A program made the translations under genes and the position numbers. From NCBI GenBank assembly GCA_000934665.2, contig KZ538688.1, positions 1 through 53,800 on the forward strand: 53,800 bases of DNA. Direction: 5' to 3'. The notes under the pieces are model-generated. The model had not been told where the DNA came from, ran no database searches, and saw nothing but the letters and a program-made list of their open reading frames with translations. Origin of the DNA: Catajapyx aquilonaris. Taxonomy: Eukaryota. This document shows, one piece after another, positions 44,988-53,800 of this stretch (within the stretch, counting starts at the first letter, position 1; every line of letters begins with the position of its first letter).

Positions 44988-47946
44988 GGGCAATTCCACG
45001 TGAACGTGATCACCTTTTGCATGAAAAAATTTGCCCGTCGATGAGTGTGAGATATGTCCAGGCCACGTTAGGACCTTTCCCACAAGGATTTGGTCCGCTG
45101 ATGCGTGGTTGCCTATCTACAGGGGCTAATTGGACTTGGATCAGTTAGAGGCACCCCCCTATTTATTTATTTATTTATTTATTTTGGTTCCCCCTTGAGT
45201 CCAATTGGTCAATGCAGGGGGAGGAGATCTCCTCCATTTTCTAAACTTTTCAATCTCACCGGTGCAGGGACAGGGAAGGGATAGGGAGGGAGGAACAAAG
45301 GTGCAGTGCATTGTCCTGTGGTGGGGGCCGTGTGCAGTCCCTCAGGGCGCCAAGCTTAGACACTCCCCTAGGCGCGGCCGGAAGCCCCCCACCGAACACC
45401 GCGCCTCCTCCAGGGCAGGGAAAGGAAGGAAGCGGCTGTGGCCTATTTAACGGTACGATCCCGGGATTTCCCTGGGGTGACCTTGGAAAACCACAGAAAA
45501 CCAAGGTCAGGGCCTCTGGGACTCGAACCCAGGACCTCCCGATTAGCAGTCGGACACCATATCCACTACACCACTACTGCTTCGGTGGCACCCCCCCATT
45601 ACATTTACATGACAACGTAAATGCATGATGTAATACATGTTTCATGTGTGAAATTGTCTCCGCTTTCCGACAAAAATAGTCACTTTCCGATAGCTGTGCA
45701 AATTCATGTCAAAAAGCGACATTTTTGCAAACATATGACATTTTCAAAAAAGAGCCAAAGTCAAATGCCATCATATTGATGTCAAAATACACCTCACAGT
45801 GTCCTCTATCAGTGATACAAACGGAATTTTTGAATACGAAATGGTTACGGAGCTATCTGTACTGACGTGGAGCACTGCGCTAGTGGCCAAGCCCCCAGAA
45901 TGAAAAGGAGCGGTCCACCTAGGTCCGTCTTCAAGTCTCAGGTAGTGTACGCTTGTCCTTTGTGTTTAATTCACTTAATAATATAGTTAATTTAGTTATA
46001 GTTTTAGTATATCTAGAAAAATAGTTCCAAATAAATTTGGTCCGCTACTGGGCAATTCCACGTGAACGTGGTCACCTTTTGCACGAAAAAATTTGACTGT
46101 TGATACTAAGTGTCAAAGTGTGAGATATGCTTAGGTCCAGGTTAGAACCTTTCGCATAAGGATTTGGTCCGCTGATGGGTGGTTGCCTCTCTACAGGCGC
46201 AAATTGTACTTTGATCACATTTACACGACAATGTAAATGCTTGATGTGATACAAGTTTCATGTGTGAAATTGTCTCCTCTTTTCGACAAAAATGCTAACT
46301 TCCTGACAGATGTGCAAATTCACGCCAAAAAACGAGAGTATTGCAAACAAATGAAATTTTCGAAGCGAGACCCAAAGTTAAATGCCATCAGTCATCACAT
46401 TGATATCAAAAAATTCCTCATAGTGTCCTATATCAGCCATACAAACGGAATTTTGGCATACCCAAGGTTTACAGAGCTATAATCACTGACGTGGAGGGGT
46501 GCAGGAGTGCAATATATTCCATTATAGTGAAAGCAAGGGGCCCGTATGGAGCCGCAAGGAATTCCGTACAGGTCTCAACAGTGAACATTCATTTGGACTG
46601 TGACTAGGAACGAATAGAGGAATGAACATAAAAATAAAAAGTACGCTACATGTTTCTCTATTCTAAATAATCAAGCACATTTTAACAGACACTTGACACT
46701 TGTGAAAAGTGAAACTTAGTTGAACATGACATGGGAATTTTCATTTATTCATACTTTTCTGTGGTACACAAAGGACAAGCATACACTAACTGAGACATGA
46801 AGACGGACCTAGGTGGGCCACTCCTTTTCATTCTGGGGGCTTGGCCACTAGTGCAGCGCTCCACGTCAGTACCTATAGCTCCATAACCATTTCGTATTCC
46901 AAAATTCCGTTTGTATCACTGATAGAGGACACTGAGAGGTGTATTTTGATATCAATGTGATGACATTAAGGGTATATTTTTCAGTCAGTCTACCATTAGT
47001 GCTCCTCCTAGTATTAGGATCATTTTCATTGTACTGTGACATTTTTGTTTCCTGAAAATTCAGAGCAGTGAGTGGTAGGGCTTTATTGTGAATTTCTAGT
47101 GTTCATCATATTACTAGCAAGCTATTATTCTAACAATAATCCCCTCCATCATGAATCCCATGGGAAAGGCTGCATTGGATACATTGACTTGTGTGAACCC
47201 TTTTAAAAAGCCTCATCATGCCAGTGTAAGAAAGGGATTAAGATCTGTTATGCCATGGATGTGCTCATTGGTGCCAGGAATCCCTGAATATTCTAAAATC
47301 TGTGATAGCTGTAGAAAGGAGTTTTCAAAGCTGAAGAAGGAGAGGCCTACCGAAGAGGATCTCCCCAGCACCAGCCAGTGTGACCCTGAACCTGGGAATG
47401 ATGCTACTGGCAATAAGTGACTTTTGTGAAAACCTCGACTGGGTATGATGGGTATTTTCCGGCATGTGTGAAACATGTACTCTCCGTATCGCCTGATCCC
47501 ATTGCGATCCCAAAATGAAACTTTGGGAGATGCAAGAGGATAGTACAAAGTAATTTTGGGAATTTTTTCAAAATTTTAAAAATATCATTTTTTGAAATAT
47601 TTAAATTTAAAGATTTAATTGAGTTTAAAATTTTTAATAAATATGATAACCTCTGCCGTGTTACATATTAAATTAAAGCTCATGGAAAGACCTTCAATAT
47701 GAGACATTCCCCAGGTTTATATCTCATCTGGTTCCTGAGAAAATAATACTTAAGTATTTCAAGACGCAGCAATTTTTAGTCAAAATTGGAATATTTAATA
47801 TTTAATAACTCTTGAATGGTAGGCAAAAAAAAATTCTTTCTTTTGGTTTTCATTCATAACTATGTAAGGACACTAGACACACCAAGTTTCATCAAAATCT
47901 GAGGGGTCAAGGCCAATAGCTGTGATGATTTGACATGGAATGACCC
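44988..47946. mobile_element. Nest of Sola-like elements (GGGCAATTCC 5' ends at 44988 and 46050; GGAATGACCC end at 47946)
   Basis: Direct repeats 44988-45870 and 46050-46495; inverted repeat 45775-45965 / 46765-46960. ORF 47151-47420 (CVNPFKKPHH...KICDSCRK) resembles Sola2 N-terminal zinc-finger remnants. Confidence 0.6.
45160..45588 (-). mobile_element. tRNA-derived SINE with (AAAT)n tail
   Basis: Minus-strand A box (TGGTGTAGTGG) and B box (GGTTCGAGTCC), (TTTA)n at 45160-45185, flanking direct repeat of about GGCACCCCCC. Confidence 0.75.
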
Positions 47947-48693
47947 TCATGGAAATTTCATTCGATGGCCATCTACGCGTGTGCGATTGTCTGAAATCTC
48001 GTTACGTACCATCCGTCATTGGACACCAGTTTCTGGGGTATATGCAACTAGGGGGAAACTCTGGGAAATTTGACAGCACAGGTTTCGAAGCTCAAGTGCA
48101 TGTGGGGCAGTAGGGTGCGAGGAACCTCATCATGCCATTAGATTGGGAGAATTCTCATTTTGAACGTGAAAACATTTGAGATATCCACCCGTTACGTACC
48201 ACCCGGCATCGTTACGTACAACCTACAGTGATTTACTGGGAGTAGCATAAATTTTTGGAGATTGGAATGTCTGTGAATTCATAATCTTATAATGGCTCTG
48301 CTGCACTGAAATAGGAACTAGGTCAGTTTTTGCCCTTTGGATACCTTTTGGTGTGGCTGTGGAAGGTCACACATTCATGAATACAGCAAAGTGATTGCAC
48401 AGATCGATGTTGCATTTTGTGCCCTTGAATTATATGAAGACGTCTGTCTCTCTTCCTTTCACATATCGCTACAGCGAATAACCAGCTGGCAATGCGCATT
48501 AGCCGAACGGATATCACAGAGCGCACACTTAGATACTCTGGGAATAATACTGTGTTGTTGGGAATGATACTGTCACAAACTAACATGGCTAAGGAAACCA
48601 TGGTCCACATGCTATCGGTTTTAGTCACTCAGATTCCAACTGCGTCAAGGTGTAAGAACCGCACCCCATGTCTGCTCTTTCCTGGAATTGCCC
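47947..48693 (-). mobile_element. Partial inverted copy of the Sola-like element at 12912-13795
   Basis: Near-identical reverse complement of 12912 to about 13655; explains duplicate ORFs 12975/48323. Confidence 0.85.
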
Positions 48694-49137
48694 TCATACA
48701 CATGATGCATGCCCCCATGTCAAAGCAATTGTTGCATCCAGTTTAAGAAATCAGGCGTCTTCTCCTGGTACTAGCGATGCACGTCTGGTTGTACCTCCGC
48801 ATTACTGGTGTAATGGTGTCCCTTCAGGTGTCCTTTCAGCTTTGTGAAAAGGAAAAAGTTGCAAGGTGAGAGATGCAGGCTGCATGGCAATCTTACACCA
48901 TTACAATGCTCGTCTACACACGAGTCGACAAACGCAGGATGCATTGCAACATCAGACGCCACACAGCCTGTATCACTCACCTTGCGACTTTTTCCTTTTC
49001 ATGAAGCTGAAAGGACAACTGAAGGGACACCATAACACCTGTAATATGGCGGTGCAACCAGACGTGGAGAAGACGCCTGATTTCTTCTCCAACGGATGCA
49101 ACAACTGCTCCGACGTGGGCACATGCATGACTATATA

Positions 49138-49531
49138 CAGGGTGGACCAACTTCAAGTGTCGTTTTATAACGGCTATTAATAGAAGCGCTTTACGATTGA
49201 CGTAGCAGCAACGTGTAAAATGGCCCACTTCGGCGCCATCGAAAATATTAGCTGTGTTTCGTTTGCAGGCTTCCCCCTTGCATTACAGGTCCATGGTCCA
49301 TCTGGTGCCTTGGACGTCACCTATTTCACCCAGTCGCATCGCAGGTCATGTGTGCACCTCCTTTTTTTCCAGGTCAACCCAGCAGCAGGGTTGATTACAT
49401 GTGTGCTGCTATTGGCAGCTAATATTTTCGATGGCGCCGAAGTGGGACATTTTACACGTCGCTGCTACGTCATCGCAAATAACTGCTATTAATCGCCGTT
49501 ATAAAACGACACTTGAAGTTGGTCCACCCTG
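49138..49531. mobile_element. Tc1-like palindromic MITE inside a mariner remnant (about 48700-49676)
   Basis: TA|CAGGGTGGACCAACTTCAAGTG...CACTTGAAGTTGGTCCACCCTG|TA. Host remnants HHYNARLHT and SPCDFFLFMKLKGQLKG occur in both orientations. Confidence 0.8.
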
Positions 49532-49929
49532 TATATAGGGATGGTGGCTTTGTGGAAAAGTTGTGAAACCACCTGGTAGAGGACATTCCAAGCTTTCATC
49601 TGACACACAGTTTGTGTATCTTGCATATTATTGAAATTATCGCATATGAGGCAAAACCTTTCAAACTGACCTCGTATTATCTAAACAATGCAACAGTTTT
49701 CATTTGAAAGAGCTGGTAAGTTTCACTTACAAATGTAGATGAATGTAGATGAAAACATTACTTGCTAACCCTGACAAGAAAGTACTGATAAAAGGTGCCA
49801 AAACAGCCCCCTCTTTTCGTAGTGAAATCGGACGTTGGATACTGATATCACATTGGTCAATGAAACTAACAATTTGCTGGTGGTGTCAGTAGCTACCCAA
49901 GTTCCAATGCCAAGCCTCAGCATGGTTAA

Positions 49930-50217
49930 CCCTGGAACCGTGCCGTGGAGTCTTTTTGTACCCCAAGGAATTAAAATGCATTAAAAAGATAATTACAGTG
50001 AACTTTTGCCAATTTTTTTACAGTATATAACAGGAAGTGCATGTTTATTTTGAATTAGCGATCATTTTAGGCATTGTTCAAAGAATGATTGTCTATAGTC
50101 AATACATTGAAAAGTAAGCTATTATATAATAACTAATAAAAATTAAAATATGGATGGGGTCCGAAAACACCCCGTGGCACGGTTGCCGCAACTTTCAGGC
50201 ACAGCACGGTTCCAGGG
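49930..50217. mobile_element. piggyBac-like MITE
   Basis: TTAA|CCCTGGAACCGTGC...GCACGGTTCCAGGG|TTAA. Confidence 0.8.
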
Positions 50218-51131
50218 TTAACTCAAATCTGACCAACCACGGAATTACAGGCTAGCATTTGTAACTTTGTAACTGACAGTGTGTGCTCCCCTCTCCACAT
50301 ATCCCTCACACCCTCCAGCTGGATATATTAGATGTCATGTATATTTACATTGCAACCATGTCTGCATGAGAGCAGATTGTCACCCTTATTGGCTACGCTA
50401 CAAATTTAATATTTAGTAAAACACGAAAGTTGAGGAGGGGATATGTAATTTAACCCTTTCATACCACCCTCTCCGATCTTAAGTATATTATGGTCATCGG
50501 CTCTGCCCAAAATGACTACACCATTCTTCGTTATAGTACAGTACCCACGTCTGACGTCTGGGTGTGTAAAGTAGTGCAACACTGCAACCTACCCAATCTG
50601 CACACTACAAATCCGCTGACACACCAGAGCACCGAAGAGCGACCCTTCTGTCAGCCGGTAAGTAGTATGTAATCGGTATCGGCGGTATGACCTGGACCGG
50701 GTATGACAAAGAAATGAAACTGTCAAAGACAAGGAGCGCGGGAAAGAGCGTGGCCGATAGAGGGCTGACCTCTGTGGGGCTGACCTAACTACTCTAACTG
50801 GTGGCGCCATCTAGCCAGATATTCATAACTACCTGGAGGATAGTAGCGGCTAGAGCTGTTTTGTTCCAATTAGTGGTGGTTCAACATGGCGGGTTTGAGG
50901 ATGTAACGTATGTGGCCGATGCCCGTCTGAGCTTGTGTTGTGTTATTTCCAGATGTGTTAGTGAGTAGAGAGTTACCTGGTTGACGGTCTTGAGTACCTG
51001 ATTAGTAGGGGGTTGTGGTGAGTAGGCCTTCCATATGTTGGTTTGATTTTTCTATGATGTAGTAACCAGCTAGTGTGCTGGACTAGAGCTTGTTATGTTC
51101 TATTCCAAGGTGTTTAGGTGAGCTTGGTACA

Positions 51132-53231
51132 ATGCCGGTCCTACCCAAGGTGGTCCCCAGGGCCTTATATTTGGCTAGATCTGTGGAAGATTTGAACAAA
51201 CTGGTGGACAAAAATGCCCCGTTTCAGGGCAATCGGAGTTACCAAAGGTGAGCAAGGAGTCGAATCATTTATGGACACGTCAGTTTGCTGACACCTGCCT
51301 GACCATTCTTCCTAGGTTGGCAACTGCAGCTAAAAAGCTATTTGAGGAGGCAGTGAGGGTGCAGGGAGAGGATGAGGAGCTGGGCTACGTGTTGTACATG
51401 AGGTACATTAACATTGTCCGCAAAATTGCACACCAGTCGAAGAGCAAGGAGCAGAAGCACATGTCAGAGATCCCTTCACAAAACATAAAATGTGCCATAG
51501 AGAGAGCTGAAAATTTGCAGATACGTTTGATGGACAGGTGACATAAACATTGATGTTGGAAAATAGAACTAGGCACTAACTTGCATTGATTGCAGGTATG
51601 AGGCTCTCAAGGAAGATGCAATGCCCAAGGACAACAAGGAGAACATAAAAGAAGAGATAGGTGGGAAGACAGACCATGATGTGGAGAAAGACATGAAAGC
51701 AGTGCAAGCTGTAGCTCCTAAACCTTCAGGTGAACACAATGGCACTTCCGGTGAGTAGGACACCAGTTTTGGAATCCAGTCCATTGGGGAAAATGCAGTG
51801 ATTGGGCTCTCAGAGGTGACCATGAGCAGATGGAATTCTGCCCTACCTAAAGCTACATGCAGAGTGCCAATATATTTAGCCTTTGCCATGGGGCACGAAC
51901 TAGGGGACTTTTCCAGGCAATATGTTGCAGGAGCAAGAGTAAGCTAAGGCCGGGTGCAAACGGGGCGACTTGGAGAGGGACAATTTGGAGGCAATAAGTT
52001 TCTCCCATGCAAGAAACTGGTCTCCTGGCAGGCGGTGACCCCCGGCGCACATGCTTTATGCGTCCCAGATGGATGTGCTGAATTCCCCCATTTGCGCCCA
52101 GCCTAAAAGTTTAGCACTGCTACGAAGGCTGTTCCAAAATGATTTACACTTTATTTTTTTGACACAAATACAGGGCCCATGTATGTCGGCAGATAGTCAT
52201 ACACATTATCAATAGAACCCTCTCGGAGCTGAGTGCACAGGAGTCATGGATGGGGCAACCTCCGCAGGCCCTTCAGGGAACCACTTTTTGTGGTGCGGCG
52301 CATCCACTCCCGGACAACTGGACGCAGTCAACAATGTCATCGAAATGGCGTCGGCAAAGGGGATCCGAACAGATGAAAGTCATTGGGGACTAAACCGGGT
52401 GAGTGCAGCGGATGTGGAAGCAGCCAAAGCCTGATCCATGAAAAAATCATTTCGCCGGTACTACTTCGAGGACGTTATTGACTGCGAGCAGTTGTCCAGG
52501 AGTGGGTGTGCCGCACCACCAAAAAGTGGTTCCAGGAGGGCCTGCAGAGGTTGCCACATCCATGACTCCTGTGCATTCACCTTCAGCAGGATTCTATCGG
52601 TAATGTGTGCCTGTCTGCTGTCCTGGGTGGGCCCTGTGTTCGTGGCAAAAAAATTCAGTGTCAATCATTTTGGAACAGCCCTCGTAGGTGACTAACAGGA
52701 AAAAGTGGTGCTCACAAGGGATATTTTGCCCAGAAAAAGTCAATGAGGGAAGTCGTGAAGTTAATGCTAATAATGATAACGTACCATTGCATATTCATTG
52801 CCATTCTGATTAGCTCATCAATTATGGCAACTTTGATCTGTGACAGGCCAGATAGTGTTGATCATTTGGTACTGTTTACATTGTCAGGGTACTTCCCTGC
52901 TAATCAGAGGTGAATGAATTGGGAAGAGACTTGCCATTCAGACATAGGCCCAGCTTGTTAATTCTCCAGCATTATGTTTGCTCTGGAAACTCATGCAGTG
53001 ATTCCAGAAATAGACCTTAGCAATTGAAAATAATCAATAAAAGCACAATAAGATGAAACTGATTTCAGATTCTTCAGTGGTTTATGTGACCTGCCAACAA
53101 CTCCATGATATCATGAGCAGGAGAGCGCCGTCCTTTTTGATCTGTGACATTCGTAGCCGTAAGGACTATGGAAAATCACACATCAACAGTGTATATTGTA
53201 TCAACATCCCTGCAGAAGACATCAAAGCAGG
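51132..53231 (+). CDS. USP8: Ubiquitin carboxyl-terminal hydrolase 8 (UBPY), 5' portion; continues beyond the window
   Basis: Exons 51132-51247, 51316-51537, 51596-51750, 53069-53231, phase-consistent. N-terminus MP...LYLARSVEDLNK, MIT/USP8-dimer motif DEELGYVLYMRY, then rhodanese domain (VTCQQLHDIM...LICDIRSRKDYGKSHI...CINIPAEDIKAG). Confidence 0.9.
51948..52103. mobile_element. PIF/Harbinger-like MITE
   Basis: TAA|GGCCGGGTGCAAACGGGG...CCCCATTTGCGCCCAGCC|TAA. Confidence 0.65.
52120..52686. mobile_element. Mariner-like MITE
   Basis: TACGAAGGCTGTTCCAAAATGATT / AATCATTTTGGAACAGCCCTCGTA. Confidence 0.75.
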
Positions 53232-53800
53232 GTAAATGAAAGAAACATCTGACCAAAATGTATTTTTTTATTAATTTAGGTTGTATGTATAGTTTTTGGC
53301 ACATAATTTCAAAAATGTACAGTATCACCTCACATAAAGCTGCATGCCGGTATAACCCGAGGGTGGCCGGCATGCCGCAATATCTGAGGTAGATTTTCAT
53401 AATTTGATCCTTGTCAAATATTATTTTGGAATGCTTCTGGTAGCGTCCTAAAATAATGTTACGGTGAAAAATAGGCGAGTACAGGGCTGTGTGATTTGCC
53501 ACTTCTGTTTAAAAAATCTTCCAAAAAATCAGTTAAGTGGGGGATAATGAAAGTAATAATTAAGTCGTCAAGTGCTGATTATATTCTACAATGCACTATG
53601 TATACAGATTATTGCCACACACTGTAATTGAAAACAATACAGGGTGTATCTGAACTCAGTGCCCCGACGTATATGACTGCCTTCCTAGCCACCAGAGGAT
53701 CGATTTAAGGTAGTTCTTGCGCTAAGTCCATTCATTGACAATTTCGTGAAAATCACACCATCCATTCCTGGGCATGTCGCACATGCGCCTGTGAAGTTTC

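Overview
Eukaryotic, most likely insect (non-dipteran) genomic DNA. Short introns of about 44-81 nt alternate with large introns full of transposons. Genes rebuilt by hand from splice sites and reading frame: (1) + strand YME1L (mitochondrial i-AAA/FtsH metalloprotease), 10 exons at 180-19969, first exon outside the window; (2) + strand protein with three dsRNA-binding domains (R2D2/Loquacious/TRBP family, probably R2D2), 8 coding exons at 24721-42303; (3) a compact - strand locus that the ORF track shows only in fragments: a CENP-M-like pseudo-GTPase (42460-43208) with a separate spliced 103-aa ORF of possible roadblock-like fold (43355-43770) about 150 nt upstream; (4) the 5' part of + strand USP8 (MIT and rhodanese domains), from 51132 onward. 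The introns hold a degenerate Academ transposon with about 630-bp TIRs and an internal inversion, Sola, mariner/Tc1, piggyBac, hAT, Harbinger and P-like MITEs (several nested three deep), and tRNA-derived SINEs. There is one assembly gap. All family calls come from remembered motifs; no database search was run.
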